64,000 nucleotides of DNA from Candidatus Hydrogenedentota bacterium (GCA_034669905.1 JAXMOL010000003.1:64001-128000); one strand, 5' to 3'. Counted from the stretch's first letter, positions 27,096 to 37,708 are shown. The notes: a model not told the origin generated them from the sequence alone. Numbers and translations are program-made.

Positions 27096-30000
27096 ATGCA
27101 TTTTCTGGATGCCTTGAAAGAACAAATTGTGGTCCTCGACGGTGCCACTGGTACCGCCATTCAAGACTTGTATCTTGGTGATGAGTCCTTCGGCGGCAGC
27201 GATTTCAAAATGCTGTCGGACCTCCTGTCCTTCTCGCGCCCCGACGACATGACCAATATCCATCTGAATTATTACAAGGCCGGGGCCAATGCGGTGGAGA
27301 CCAATACCTTTGGCGCCACCCCCATGCGCCTGTCGGAGTATGACTTTTCCGCCATTGACCTCAGCGCCTTTGCGGAAAACCCCTACCCGGAGATGGATTT
27401 CAGCGGCAATGACTACGAGGCGCTGGCCTATTACATGAGCCGTCGGGGCTGTGAACTGGCCTGCGATGCCCGGGAACTCTACAAGAAAGAGGCCGACTAT
27501 GACGGGCGGCCCCTCTTTGTCTTCGGGTCTATCGGGCCCTCCAACCGCGTTTTGTCGAGCACCAAGGCCGATCTGACCGTATCCACCTATGAAGCCATCA
27601 TGGATAACTTCTATCACCAGGTCCGGGGTATGGTGGATGGCGGGGCCGATGTCCTGCTCTTTGAGACCCAGCAGGATATCCTCGAGCTGAAGGCCGCGGT
27701 TATGGGCGGCCAGAAGGCCATGAAGGAGAAGGGCGTCAAGCTGCCCATTATCTGCCAGGTCACGGTGGATCAGTTCTCCAAGATGCAGATTTTCAACACG
27801 GATATCCACGCCGCCCTTGTTACCATGCAGGGGATTGGTATCGATGTTTTCGGTATCAACTGCAGCATCGGGCCCGACCTGATGGAAAAAACCGTGGAGA
27901 AATTGTCCCGTTACAGCCAGATTCCCATTTCGGTGATTCCCAATGCGGGGCTGCCCACGTCGATTGACGGGAAGACGGTCTTCAAGTTTCCGCCCGAAGA
28001 GTTCGGCCAGTACCAGCGCAAATTTGTGGAGCAGTATGGGGTCAACATCGTCGGCGGCTGCTGCGGCACCACTGCGGCCCACATCAAATGTGTGGCCGAT
28101 CAGGTTCGGGGTCTTAAGCCCAAGGTGCGGAAGCCCGAGACGGGACTCTACCTTTCCGGGCCCCAGAATGCCGTGTTGCTCGATGGGTCCAAGACCCTGA
28201 TCCAATTCGGCGAGCGCCTCAATGTGCGGGGTTCCAAGAAGGTGCGCGATGCCGTTGAAAACGAGACGGGTATCGATCATGACGTCCTGGAAGAAGTGGT
28301 GCAGGAGCAGGTCGAAGGGCTTGGCTGTCAGGTCATTGATGTCTGTATGGACTCCAACCAGATCGACACCGTGGCGGCCCTCAAGGAAGTGGTCCACATA
28401 CAGACCACCGACTTCTCGGGGGCCATGTGCCTCGACTCCTTCCAGGTGGATGCCCTCGAAGAATCCATCAAGCAATATCCCGGTCGCCCCCTGGTCAACT
28501 CCATTTCGATGGAAGAGGCCTCGCCCGGCGTACTGAAGATCGACGCCGTGCTCGATGCCGTAAACCAGCACAACCCCTGCTACGTGGGCCTCTGCACGGG
28601 ACCCAAGGGCCCCGGTGCGACCCGGGAAGAGAAGCTCGATCTCGCCAGTCAGATCCTGGATCGGGCGTTGGAGCGTTACGGCGTCACGCCCGACCGCATG
28701 TTTATTGACGTGAATTGCTTCCCCCTGGGGTCTGAGTCCATCGAAGGACAAAACTTCGCCGTGGAGACCCTGGAAGGCATCAAGGCGGTGAAGGAAAAGT
28801 ACCCCACGGTCCGCACGACCCTCGGCGTGGGTAACCTCACCAACGGCCTCGCCAAGAAGCCCTACATGCGTAAGGTGCTCACCTCCGTCTTCCTCGATGA
28901 AGCCCGTAAAATGGGCCTCGACTCGGCCATTATCAATCCCAACCACTATGTCTTTGTGTCCGACATTGATCCCAACGACTATCAACTGGGGCTGAAGTCC
29001 ATCATGGAACGGGACATGGACGCCTTCGCCGAGTTGGAAGACATTGCCGAGCGCAAGACCGGTGTGGTGGTGGTGCGGCGCACGAGTTACGATGACCTGC
29101 CCCTGGAAAAGGCCATCTGCGAAAAAATCAAAGATGGCTTCAAGGAACGCAATAAGGGCACGGTGGACTATCGCGGGTTCACCTATGAATACGCCGACAA
29201 GATCGTGCTCCAGGTGGTGGAGGCCATGGAAAGCCATGAGCCCCTCGCCTTTATCAACGAACACCTCATGGGGGCCATGCAGGAGTTGGGCGACGGCTTC
29301 GGTCGTGGCGAAGTGTCCCTGCCTCACCTGCTCAAATCGGCCGACGTCATGCGCCAGGCCATGGGCTTCCTTGAGCAGTTCATGCGCAACGAAGCGGGCA
29401 TCGACATCCACAGCAAGATTGAATACAAGGGGGTGGTCGTTATCGGGACGGTCTACCAGGACGTCCACTCCATCGGTAAAGATCTGGCGCGGACCCTGTT
29501 GGAAAACTATGGTTACCGGGTTATCGACCTGGGCACCATGACACCCCTTCAGGCCTATATCGACGCGGCAAAAGAGCACAATGCCCACGCCATCGGTATG
29601 TCGGCGCTGCTGGTACAGACCTCCAACCACATGATCACCGTGGCCGATATGATGACGGAGCAGGGGCTCGATATTCCCATCCTCATTGGCGGCGCGCCCG
29701 TGAGCGACCGCCACGCAGCCTATGTGGCCATGGCCGGTAAAGAAGCACCCGAAGATATGCGGGAGAATGTATTTTACTGCCGCACCGCCATGGACGGCGT
29801 CAACGTGATGAACAAGCTCCGTGCCGATGGCGATATCAGTGACTATTTCACGACAAACAAAGAAAAGCTCATCAAGCGTCTGGAGCGGGCCGAGAAACGG
29901 GCCGCTGCCGACCAGGAATTGCTCGATACTTTGCCCCGCCGTGAGGTGGGTTTTGAAGGCTTTGAGCTCGCCACCGAGCCCCGCTTTGGCCGTCGCAAGG

Positions 30001-30719
30001 TGACCTACAGCCTCCGCGATTTCGCGCCCTACATGGAGAAGAAGACCCTCTTCGCCCTCAACTGGCGATTCGGCGGGAAGACCGCCCGCGAAAAGCAGGG
30101 CCACACCGCCGAGAAGCTCGATGCCCTCTTTGACGAGTGGATTGAAAAGGCGACCGAAAACAACTGGGTCGTGCCCCAGGGGGTCATGGGTATCTACCCC
30201 TGTCAGGCCGACGGCGACGATGTCATCGTGTACGACCCCGAAGACCACAGCAAGGAAATCGCCCGTTTTGATTTCACCGTGGTCTTGGGTGGCGAAAAGA
30301 AAGACACCATCTGCGGCGCCCAGTATTACCACCCCGTTGATAGCGGGAAGATGAGTGCCATCGGCATCCAGCTGACGACCAGCGGGCCCCAGGTCGACGA
30401 CTTCATCGAAGAGATGAAAGCCGCCGGGGATTCGGAGTCGACCTTGTTCTTGCAGGGGCTTTCCGACCGTATCGCCGAAGACATGGCCGAGCATCTGCAC
30501 CAGCAAATGCGTGAGCTCATGGGCGTGGACGAAAAGCAGGGACAGCGCTGGAGTCCGGGCTATCCCGGCATGCGCAACATCCACCTGAACGCCACGATTC
30601 ATGACCTGTTGGGCGGCGAAGAATTGATAGGCGTTAAGCTCACCGATGCCAGTGAGTTCAGTCCTACCGGGACAACGGGCGCGGTATGCAGTTTCCACCC
30701 GGAGGCGCGGTATACGTAA
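27096..30719 (+). CDS. metH: Cobalamin-dependent methionine synthase
   Basis: LDGATGT, GINCSIGP, GGCCG (Zn), pterin domain GERLN, DVHSIG (B12) and C-terminal SPGYP activation domain. Confidence 0.93.
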   Translation: MHFLDALKEQIVVLDGATGTAIQDLYLGDESFGGSDFKMLSDLLSFSRPDDMTNIHLNYYKAGANAVETNTFGATPMRLSEYDFSAIDLSAFAENPYPEMDFSGNDYEALAYYMSRRGCELACDARELYKKEADYDGRPLFVFGSIGPSNRVLSSTKADLTVSTYEAIMDNFYHQVRGMVDGGADVLLFETQQDILELKAAVMGGQKAMKEKGVKLPIICQVTVDQFSKMQIFNTDIHAALVTMQGIGIDVFGINCSIGPDLMEKTVEKLSRYSQIPISVIPNAGLPTSIDGKTVFKFPPEEFGQYQRKFVEQYGVNIVGGCCGTTAAHIKCVADQVRGLKPKVRKPETGLYLSGPQNAVLLDGSKTLIQFGERLNVRGSKKVRDAVENETGIDHDVLEEVVQEQVEGLGCQVIDVCMDSNQIDTVAALKEVVHIQTTDFSGAMCLDSFQVDALEESIKQYPGRPLVNSISMEEASPGVLKIDAVLDAVNQHNPCYVGLCTGPKGPGATREEKLDLASQILDRALERYGVTPDRMFIDVNCFPLGSESIEGQNFAVETLEGIKAVKEKYPTVRTTLGVGNLTNGLAKKPYMRKVLTSVFLDEARKMGLDSAIINPNHYVFVSDIDPNDYQLGLKSIMERDMDAFAELEDIAERKTGVVVVRRTSYDDLPLEKAICEKIKDGFKERNKGTVDYRGFTYEYADKIVLQVVEAMESHEPLAFINEHLMGAMQELGDGFGRGEVSLPHLLKSADVMRQAMGFLEQFMRNEAGIDIHSKIEYKGVVVIGTVYQDVHSIGKDLARTLLENYGYRVIDLGTMTPLQAYIDAAKEHNAHAIGMSALLVQTSNHMITVADMMTEQGLDIPILIGGAPVSDRHAAYVAMAGKEAPEDMRENVFYCRTAMDGVNVMNKLRADGDISDYFTTNKEKLIKRLERAEKRAAADQELLDTLPRREVGFEGFELATEPRFGRRKVTYSLRDFAPYMEKKTLFALNWRFGGKTAREKQGHTAEKLDALFDEWIEKATENNWVVPQGVMGIYPCQADGDDVIVYDPEDHSKEIARFDFTVVLGGEKKDTICGAQYYHPVDSGKMSAIGIQLTTSGPQVDDFIEEMKAAGDSESTLFLQGLSDRIAEDMAEHLHQQMRELMGVDEKQGQRWSPGYPGMRNIHLNATIHDLLGGEELIGVKLTDASEFSPTGTTGAVCSFHPEARYT

Positions 30720-30769
30720 TCGGCGGGGGCTCACGCCGAGCGCGTAGAACTGCTAGGAACTTTTTTGAA

Positions 30770-30800
30770 CCGCCATCCAGTTTGGGTGGCGGATTTCTTT
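30770..30800 (+). terminator. Probable terminator after metH
   Basis: CCGCCATCCA/TGGGTGGCGG hairpin followed by ATTTCTTT. Confidence 0.55.
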
Positions 30801-31012
30801 ATGGAGCGCCATCGGCTTGATGGACAGCGCGGTAAGCGCCCGTAATCTATGGAGCGCCCTCTGTCCGACGGCTTGCGCGGTAGGGGTGTCTGTTGGAGAT
30901 GGGGCCACGGCGAATTATCATTTCAGGCATCATATAGCGTACAATTCCGGTCCAGGGGCATGACGGGGCATCTTGAAATTCGAACAACAATCTACGGACG
31001 GGTGTATCTCCT

Positions 31013-32602
31013 TTGAGCGAGTCGTTGGACAACGCACAAGAATTTCAGAGCTGGCACGTCTTGCGTGACCGGCGCCGCAATCAGTATGTTCGTGCTGCCC
31101 TGGTCGGGCTGGTGGCGGGAGGCGTGGCCCTCCTGTTTCAGCAGTTGCTCGTCGTGGCGGAAGAGTCCCGCCTGGAGTTGTTCGAATACCTGCACCACAC
31201 CTACCCCGGTTGGGGTTGGATCGTGGCGATGCTACTGGGCGGCACGTGCGGCCTTTTTGTCGGCTGGATGACGTCCCGTTTTGCACCCGAAGCGGCCGGT
31301 AGTGGCATTCCCCACGTTAAAGCCTGTCTCATGCACGCCAAGACCATGTCCTGGTGGCGTGTCCTGCCCGTAAAGTTCCTCGGGGGGCTGCTCTGTATCG
31401 GCTCCGGGTTTTCGCTGGGTCGTGAAGGCCCCACGGTGCAGATGGGTGCGGCCATTGGTCGTCTGCTGGCCGATGTGCTCAAGGTGCCTGCCAAGGCGGC
31501 TCCTCGCCTCATGGCCTGTGGTGCCGGTGCGGGCCTGGCTGCGGCCTTCCATGCGCCCCTGGCCGGGTTTATCTTTACCATCGAAGAATTGCAGCGAGAG
31601 TTCTCCACCCTCACCTATGTGATGGCCCTTATTGCCGCCGTTGTGGCCGATATTGTGGCCACGTCATTCTGGGGGAGCGACAACGTGTTTCAGGCGTCCG
31701 GTTTTCCGGCGGCTCCTCTGTCTTCCCTGCCTGTGTGTGCCCTCATCGGCGTGGTGGCGGGGGTCTTCGGCACGGGCTTCTCCCGCTCGCTCCTCTTCTT
31801 CCAGCGCGTGGCGGTAGGGGCAGAGAAACTGCCACCGTGGGCGCGGGCCGGTGCCGTCGGGATGGTGGTCGGACTTGCCGCGTGGAGTCTGCCTTCCCTG
31901 GCTGGCGGGGGACACGAAATTACCAAGCAGATGCTTCATGGCGACGCGGCCGGTGTTGAGTTCATGGGCTTTCTGGTCCTTCTTTTTGCGGGCAAGTTCC
32001 TGCTGACCATTCTCTGCTACGCGGCCGGTGTTCCGGGCGGTATTTTTGCACCCATGCTGGTCATGGGCGCGAGCATGGGGATGTTGGCCGGGATTACCGT
32101 CACGGGGTACTTCCCCAGCATAGCGCCCATCCCCGAATCTTTTGTGGCCATCGGGATGGCCGCTTTTTTCGCCGCCGTGGTGCGCGCGCCGATTACCGGC
32201 ATCGTGCTCGTCCTGGAAATGACCGGTGATTTCCACCAGTTGCTGCCCTTGATTACGGGCTCTCTCTTTGCCCTCGTGGTGGCCGAGCGGTTGGGGACGC
32301 CCCCCATCTACGACGCGTTGCTCCATGCCGATGCCAGTCGGGCAGAGCCCGACGTGCCCGCCCATCGTGAGCCGGTGCTCTTGGAATTTGTGGTGCAGGA
32401 AGGCTCTGAAATGGATGGGCAGGCCATCAAAGAGATTCCCCTGCCCGCCCGCTGCCTCTTCGTTACGATCGCACGCCAGGGCAACGACATCCTGCCCAAC
32501 GGCGACACCGTGCTTCAGAAGGGCGACCATGTCACGGCCGTCTTGAGTGGTGCGGGTGCCGGTGAAGCCGTCGTCATGTTGCTGCCCCTGAGTAAGGCCT
32601 GA
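31013..32602 (+). CDS. clcA: ClC H+/Cl- antiporter with C-terminal TrkA-C (RCK_C) domain
   Basis: GSGIP, GREGP, IEEL, GGIFAP and PIYD motifs; C-terminal GSEMDG..P.GDTVLQKGD. Confidence 0.88.
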   Translation: MSESLDNAQEFQSWHVLRDRRRNQYVRAALVGLVAGGVALLFQQLLVVAEESRLELFEYLHHTYPGWGWIVAMLLGGTCGLFVGWMTSRFAPEAAGSGIPHVKACLMHAKTMSWWRVLPVKFLGGLLCIGSGFSLGREGPTVQMGAAIGRLLADVLKVPAKAAPRLMACGAGAGLAAAFHAPLAGFIFTIEELQREFSTLTYVMALIAAVVADIVATSFWGSDNVFQASGFPAAPLSSLPVCALIGVVAGVFGTGFSRSLLFFQRVAVGAEKLPPWARAGAVGMVVGLAAWSLPSLAGGGHEITKQMLHGDAAGVEFMGFLVLLFAGKFLLTILCYAAGVPGGIFAPMLVMGASMGMLAGITVTGYFPSIAPIPESFVAIGMAAFFAAVVRAPITGIVLVLEMTGDFHQLLPLITGSLFALVVAERLGTPPIYDALLHADASRAEPDVPAHREPVLLEFVVQEGSEMDGQAIKEIPLPARCLFVTIARQGNDILPNGDTVLQKGDHVTAVLSGAGAGEAVVMLLPLSKA

Positions 32603-32634
32603 GCCGCCGCGCCCTAAAATGAAGGAGTGTCCTG

Positions 32635-33060
32635 ATGGATGCGATACGGGATGAAGACTATATCGATTTTGGCATGGCTTTTCAGTCCGTCATGGTGGAG
32701 CATCTCAACGGTGTGCTGGCGGAAAAAGGCGTCGAAGATGAAGAGTCGCGCCGGGAAATCTGCGAGACCTTCTTGTCCGGGTTGGGGGACTTTTTCGACC
32801 AGCACTGGCTGGAATGTGATGGCCGTCGGGTGCACCCCGTGCTGGCTTTTGCAGAGCACCACTTAGATGTAGAGACGCCCCTCGAAGAGCTGGGGCACGT
32901 CATGTTTCCTTCCCCGCGCTTTGCCCACCGGGAGTATATCATCGGAACCCTCGCCGATTTTTACGAAGAACATCAAGAAACGACCCCGGGGGTCGCGACC
33001 GGCCCGGTGCACGAAGAGGAAGACGGGTACTACGACGACGGAGTGCCAGACGAGTGGTAG
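32635..33060 (+). CDS. Acidic hypothetical protein
   Basis: AAGGAG RBS; GC3-biased ORF; no recognised motif. Confidence 0.7.
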   Translation: MDAIRDEDYIDFGMAFQSVMVEHLNGVLAEKGVEDEESRREICETFLSGLGDFFDQHWLECDGRRVHPVLAFAEHHLDVETPLEELGHVMFPSPRFAHREYIIGTLADFYEEHQETTPGVATGPVHEEEDGYYDDGVPDEW

Positions 33061-33140
33061 GGCACCGGGGAATGGTGCCCCGGAATCGATAATTTTCGCG
33101 ACTTCTTGTATAGTGATTCGGTGTCAACGAGGAGAGCCCG

Positions 33141-34424
33141 ATGTTCAACAAGACTAGCCGCCGTCAGTTCTTGCGCGCGACCGCCGCAGCCAGCCTGTCC
33201 CCGTGGTATCTGCCCCGCACGGCCCAAGGTGCCACCGTGCCACCCAGCAAACAGATTACCCTGGGGTTTATTGGCACGGGTAACCACGGTATCGGCTGGA
33301 ATCTGAAATACTTCCTGCCTATTCCCGACGCGCGGGTCGTGGCCGTGTGCGATGTCTTCGCCGACCGCCGCGAAAAGGCCCGTGGGATTGTGAACACGCA
33401 CTACGGCAATGAAGACTGCACGGCCTATGCCGACTTCCGTGATGTGCTCGCCCGTGACGATATTGATGCGGTCGTGATTTCCACCCCGGACCACTGGCAC
33501 GTTTTGCTTTCCGTGTTGGCGGCGAAGGCGGGTAAGGATGTCTTCTGCGAAAAGCCCACCCTTACCATTGACGAGGGCAAGCGACTCATCGAAGTTATTC
33601 GGCAGACGGGCGTGATCTACCAGGGGGGTATTGAAGATCGGTCGGTGCAGGTCTATCACCGCATGGCCGAGCTGGTTCGAAATGGGGCCCTGGGGAAGCT
33701 GGATCACATCCGCGTGGCCCTGCCGCCGGGCGATGCCTTTCCCAAAGAAGCGCCCGTGCCCGTACCCGCAGGCCTCGATTATGAGATGTGGCTGGGGCCC
33801 GCCCCCTTTGCGCCCTATACGCCCACCCGACTGGAGCCCCAGGAGTGGCGCAATATCTTTGATTACTCTGGCGGTAAACTCACCGATTGGGGGGCGCACC
33901 TCATGGATACCGCCCAGGTGGCCCTCTTCGAGGAGCACGGTGGCCCCATTGCAGTGTCGGGCACGGGAGATTTTCCCGTGGACTGCATGGCGGACACGGC
34001 GACGAACTACGATATCGACTACGAATATGCCAGCGGCGTAACCATGAAGGTGAAGTCGGACGGTGCCGGGATTGGTTTTTATGGTGCCGATGGCTGGATC
34101 AAGAGCAACGGCTGGCGTGCGCCCATGGAGGCCAGCGATCCTGAGTTATTGGCGCTGGTCTACCCACCGGAAACGAATAAGATGTATCCCCGGCCCCTGG
34201 GTGAGCACCAGGCCTTTATCGAGGGGGTCAAGACGCGCAAAATGCCCTACTACAGCCCTGAGGACATTCATCGCCTGAGCACGGCCATGCACCTCGGAAA
34301 TATTTCCATGCGACTGGGGCGCAAGCTGCGCTGGGACCCCAAGAGCGAAGCGTTCCCCGATGATCCCGAGGCCAATGCCATGCGGGGCCGTCCCATGCGG
34401 GGGCCCTGGACCCTGGAGGGCTAA
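33141..34424 (+). CDS. Tat-exported Gfo/Idh/MocA family oxidoreductase
   Basis: SRRQFL signal; IGTGNHG, STPDHWH, CEKP and DWGAH motifs. Confidence 0.9.
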   Translation: MFNKTSRRQFLRATAAASLSPWYLPRTAQGATVPPSKQITLGFIGTGNHGIGWNLKYFLPIPDARVVAVCDVFADRREKARGIVNTHYGNEDCTAYADFRDVLARDDIDAVVISTPDHWHVLLSVLAAKAGKDVFCEKPTLTIDEGKRLIEVIRQTGVIYQGGIEDRSVQVYHRMAELVRNGALGKLDHIRVALPPGDAFPKEAPVPVPAGLDYEMWLGPAPFAPYTPTRLEPQEWRNIFDYSGGKLTDWGAHLMDTAQVALFEEHGGPIAVSGTGDFPVDCMADTATNYDIDYEYASGVTMKVKSDGAGIGFYGADGWIKSNGWRAPMEASDPELLALVYPPETNKMYPRPLGEHQAFIEGVKTRKMPYYSPEDIHRLSTAMHLGNISMRLGRKLRWDPKSEAFPDDPEANAMRGRPMRGPWTLEG

Positions 34425-34429
34425 GGGAG

Positions 34430-35299
34430 GTGGGTGCACGGGCGAAATACTACCGGCATTCCGGGAAGTTTAAGCTGGGGGATGCGGTCTTCATGTTGGG
34501 GCTGGGGACTATCTTCTCCCTGTTGCTCGGTGGCTTGTACGGGTTGCTCGCATTTTATATGCCCTTCATCAAGTTGACCTTTGTGATTACCGGTCTGGCG
34601 GGCTTCGTCCTGGCCATGGGGCTCGGCATACTCGGGCACGTGCTGAAGATTCGAAATATGCTGGTCCTGGCTGTGATCGGTATCCTGTGTTGGTTTTTTG
34701 CCTGGTATGCCTCCTGGGCAACCTGGTCCATGGCCGCCACGGCCTATGCGGAATGGATGCTAAGTCCCGCTGCAATAATGGCTTATGCGCAAGAACTCGT
34801 GGAGGAGGGGGCATGGTCACTCTGGCGAGACGACCTCCCCGTGCGGGGCTATCTGCTCCTGGGCTTCTGGGCTGCCGAGTCGGCCATCCTACTGGGGTTG
34901 GTCTTGTACCTCGGCGTCGCCAATTTCAGCGATTTCATTTTTTGTGAGTCCTGTGATGCCTGGCTGGAGGAGGACATTACCTTTGCGCCTCGGGAGGCGA
35001 TCACCGATTCGGCGGCTCTGATCCAGGCAATGGAGGGGGGCGACTATAGTCGCCTGCTGGCACTGGCCCCCCGTCTGGGAGCGGCACCGGATTATACGGA
35101 GGTCGTAATTCGTTGCTGCACGCGCTGCGACCAGTCCTGCTACCTGACCCTGAACGATGTGACGGAAAAGTCCGGCAAACGGGAGGTAGAGCGCAAGGTC
35201 CGTCCCCTGGTGGAGCGCCTCTGGGTGTCCTCGGACCTGCGGTCGGCGCTACAGTCGCGCTGGCCGACCCAGGAGGGTGGCGACGGCGCCAGGGGCTGA
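34430..35299 (+). CDS. Hypothetical membrane protein with C-terminal CxxC pairs
   Basis: About four TM helices followed by CESC and CTRC. Confidence 0.7.
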   Translation: MGARAKYYRHSGKFKLGDAVFMLGLGTIFSLLLGGLYGLLAFYMPFIKLTFVITGLAGFVLAMGLGILGHVLKIRNMLVLAVIGILCWFFAWYASWATWSMAATAYAEWMLSPAAIMAYAQELVEEGAWSLWRDDLPVRGYLLLGFWAAESAILLGLVLYLGVANFSDFIFCESCDAWLEEDITFAPREAITDSAALIQAMEGGDYSRLLALAPRLGAAPDYTEVVIRCCTRCDQSCYLTLNDVTEKSGKREVERKVRPLVERLWVSSDLRSALQSRWPTQEGGDGARG

Positions 35300-35362
35300 G
35301 CGGAAGGGGGCTTCATGCCCGCGCCCCGGGGATTGGGCCGGGGCAACGGGTTTCGTTCCGAC

Positions 35363-35392
35363 TTGCCTCTTGGGCCGGTCATTTGTTATGAT
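35363..35392 (+). promoter_or_regulatory. Probable promoter of the rpsF operon
   Basis: TTGCCT-18 nt-TATGAT with a TG extension. Confidence 0.5.
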
Positions 35393-35463
35393 TGCCCGCT
35401 ATGCTAGCCCCGGACTGCCCGGGAAGCGTGTAATTTTTTTACCCCAAAAGGAGGTGAAGTGTC

Positions 35464-35889
35464 TTGAGAACTTACGAAGCGCTGTACATCTGCACTCCGG
35501 AATTGGAGGAAGGTGACATCCAGACGGTCTCCCAGGAGGTGGATAACCTCGTGACCAGCAATGGCGGGAGCATCGTGCGCTCGGAGATCTGGGGCAAGAG
35601 GAAACTGGCCTATATGGTCAAGAAGTACTCTGAGGGAACGTACATTTTGTTGCGTTTCCAGGCCCAGCCGGATTTCGTTGAAAAGCTTGAACAGTATTTC
35701 CGGCTTTCCGATCCCATTTTCCGTTTTATGGTTGTTCACTTTGATGACCACATGCTCCGGATCGAAGAGGAGCAGGCCCGTCGCAAGGAAGAAGATCTTC
35801 GTGCGAGTGCTGCTGCCGCGGCCCGTGGTGAAGATGATGACGATGATGATCGACCGCGTCGTGCGGCCAACCATCGTGATGACGATTAA
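35464..35889 (+). CDS. rpsF: 30S ribosomal protein S6
   Basis: MRTYE..WGKRKLAY..; AGGAGG RBS; TTG start. Confidence 0.95.
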   Translation: MRTYEALYICTPELEEGDIQTVSQEVDNLVTSNGGSIVRSEIWGKRKLAYMVKKYSEGTYILLRFQAQPDFVEKLEQYFRLSDPIFRFMVVHFDDHMLRIEEEQARRKEEDLRASAAAAARGEDDDDDDRPRRAANHRDDD

Positions 35890-35910
35890 ATAACGGAAAG
35901 GTGAGGACAA

Positions 35911-36432
35911 ATGGCCGATCTTCGGGTACCTGATCTGAACAAGGTTATTATCGCAGGACGACTTACACGTGATCCGGAGTTGAAATATATCAGCTCGGGC
36001 CGCGCGGTCTGTCGCGTCAGTATTGCCAATTCCCGGTTTTACAAGGGCAAAGACGGAGAGCGACGGGAAGATACGTCGTTCATTGATGTCACGCTCTGGG
36101 ACAAACAGGCGGAGTGGGTAGGCGAACGTCTTAAGAAGGGCCGGCCGGTATTGGTTGAAGGCCGTCTGAAGAGTGATTCCTGGGAAGACAAAGCCACGGG
36201 TCAGAAACGTTCGAAGATTGAGATTTCCGGCCAGCGGCTTACGCCGTTGGATTGGGATGACGATAACCGTGGTTCCGGCGGTGGCGGTGGTGGTAATTAT
36301 GGCGGTGGCGGCGGCGGAAACTACGGCGGTGGTGGTGGCGGTAACTATGGTGGCGGCCAGCCGGCTGCGCCAGAGCGTCCCGCGCCCCGACCGATCGAAG
36401 AGCCCATCCCGGAAGACGACATTCCGTTCTAG
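35911..36432 (+). CDS. ssb: Single-stranded DNA-binding protein
   Basis: LNKVIIAGRLTRDPE, VEGRL, Gly-rich linker and DDIPF tail. Confidence 0.96.
   Translation: MADLRVPDLNKVIIAGRLTRDPELKYISSGRAVCRVSIANSRFYKGKDGERREDTSFIDVTLWDKQAEWVGERLKKGRPVLVEGRLKSDSWEDKATGQKRSKIEISGQRLTPLDWDDDNRGSGGGGGGNYGGGGGGNYGGGGGGNYGGGQPAAPERPAPRPIEEPIPEDDIPF
36277..36357 (+). repeat. Three 24-bp coding tandem repeats (GGGGGGNY) in the SSB linker
   Basis: Units at 36277, 36301 and 36325 with synonymous differences. Confidence 0.85.
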
Positions 36433-36459
36433 CCACAACCTGAAAAGGAAGCCAGTATA

Positions 36460-36741
36460 ATGGCAAAGATATCCGCCAAGGCGAAGGCGAAAGTCCGCGC
36501 AAAAAAGGCAAAGCGTAAGAAAAAGAAGAAGACACAAAGGCAGAAAGTCTGTCGTCTGACCGTGGATCGCGTCGTCTATATCGACTATAAAGACGTCGCC
36601 ATGCTGAAGCACTACATTACGGAACGGGGCAAAATTATTCCCCGCCGTATTACCGGTGCCAGTGCAAAGCACCAGCGTATGCTGACCCACGCTATCAAGC
36701 TGGCCCGTCAGATTGCGTTGCTGCCCTATTCCGCTGATTAA
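36460..36741 (+). CDS. rpsR: 30S ribosomal protein S18
   Basis: [30 protein letters not shown]. Confidence 0.95.
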   Translation: MAKISAKAKAKVRAKKAKRKKKKKTQRQKVCRLTVDRVVYIDYKDVAMLKHYITERGKIIPRRITGASAKHQRMLTHAIKLARQIALLPYSAD

Positions 36742-36757
36742 GGAAGCCTTCGCTCCG

Positions 36758-37708
36758 GTGTCCGATTCCGATGCCACGCGGGTAGCGCCGCTCTGGTCCG
36801 TTGCTCTCTTAGTCCTGGGCTTGCTCTTGATGCTCGCGGGTGCTGTCCCTCTTGCCGCAGTGTGTTTTATCGTGCTTTCCGCACGGCACTGGCTGGCGGG
36901 GGAGCGGCGCAAAGCATGGGGGGTGAGCCTGCTGGCGGGCGTGACCGCAACGGTGATGATGTTTTCACCGGCGCAGGGCGTGTTTTACCTCGCGGCAAGC
37001 TCCATGGGCTGCCTCCTGGGTGTGCTGATGGAGCGAAACTGGTCTTTCGGACGTCGATTTGCGGCCTTGTCCAGTTTGGCATCGGGCCTGGTGGCGGTGG
37101 TTATGGCCGCCACCTGGCAGCAGTTGCGAAAAGATACCACGGTTTTCATGAATGCCCGGATCGCCGAGTTTGAGGCGCAGGGTGATGCCAGTGAACAGTG
37201 GTTGGAAATGTTTCGCTGGTATGACGTGAACTATGCCTACATCGGCTTTGGTTCCGTCGTAGCCTCCGTGTTGTTGCTGGTGGCCTTCATGCTTTGTGTA
37301 ATCGATCGCAGTCAGCGCAGTCTGTCGGCGAAACCGCGGCGAACAACCGGATTTCAACGGATGCGCCTGCCCGACTGGATGGTCTGGGTGGCGATTGCTG
37401 TGGCCTTGTTGTGGATGGCGGATCACCGCTGGCCCAACGAGTTGCTGCGGGTTATCAGTTGGAATGCGGCGATTATATTGACCTGCGTGTATTGGTTGAA
37501 TGGCCTGGCCATACTCCTCTATGCGCTGACGATTCTGAAGGCGACCACATTGGCGTCCTTTGTAATCCTATCGGGCATGATCCTCTTTGGACTCATGCAC
37601 TTATTGGGACTGGTCGGCTTGTTCGATACGTGGTGCAATTTCCGCATCCGCCTTCGGCGGGTTGCGATGCTGCGTAACGTGGCATACCGACCGGAAGATC
37701 CTGATTGA
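36758..37708 (+). CDS. DUF2232 (YybS-like) membrane protein
   Basis: Multi-TM protein between rpsR and rplI with C-terminal GLFDTW.NFR; GTG start uncertain. Confidence 0.75.
   Translation: MSDSDATRVAPLWSVALLVLGLLLMLAGAVPLAAVCFIVLSARHWLAGERRKAWGVSLLAGVTATVMMFSPAQGVFYLAASSMGCLLGVLMERNWSFGRRFAALSSLASGLVAVVMAATWQQLRKDTTVFMNARIAEFEAQGDASEQWLEMFRWYDVNYAYIGFGSVVASVLLLVAFMLCVIDRSQRSLSAKPRRTTGFQRMRLPDWMVWVAIAVALLWMADHRWPNELLRVISWNAAIILTCVYWLNGLAILLYALTILKATTLASFVILSGMILFGLMHLLGLVGLFDTWCNFRIRLRRVAMLRNVAYRPEDPD

Noticed and set aside
26985..30734. 1249-aa minus-strand ORF
   Set aside because: Antisense shadow of metH caused by GC3 bias; no recognisable motifs
35395..35463. S6:S18-binding leader RNA upstream of rpsF
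   Set aside because: A hairpin and CCAAAAGGAGGTG are present, but I cannot see the anti-SD pairing or CCG motif; needs an Rfam scan
36277..36357. 24-bp repeats as a possible CRISPR or VNTR
   Set aside because: No spacers; an ordinary Gly-rich SSB linker
35404..36912. 502-aa minus-strand ORF
   Set aside because: Antisense to rpsF-ssb-rpsR
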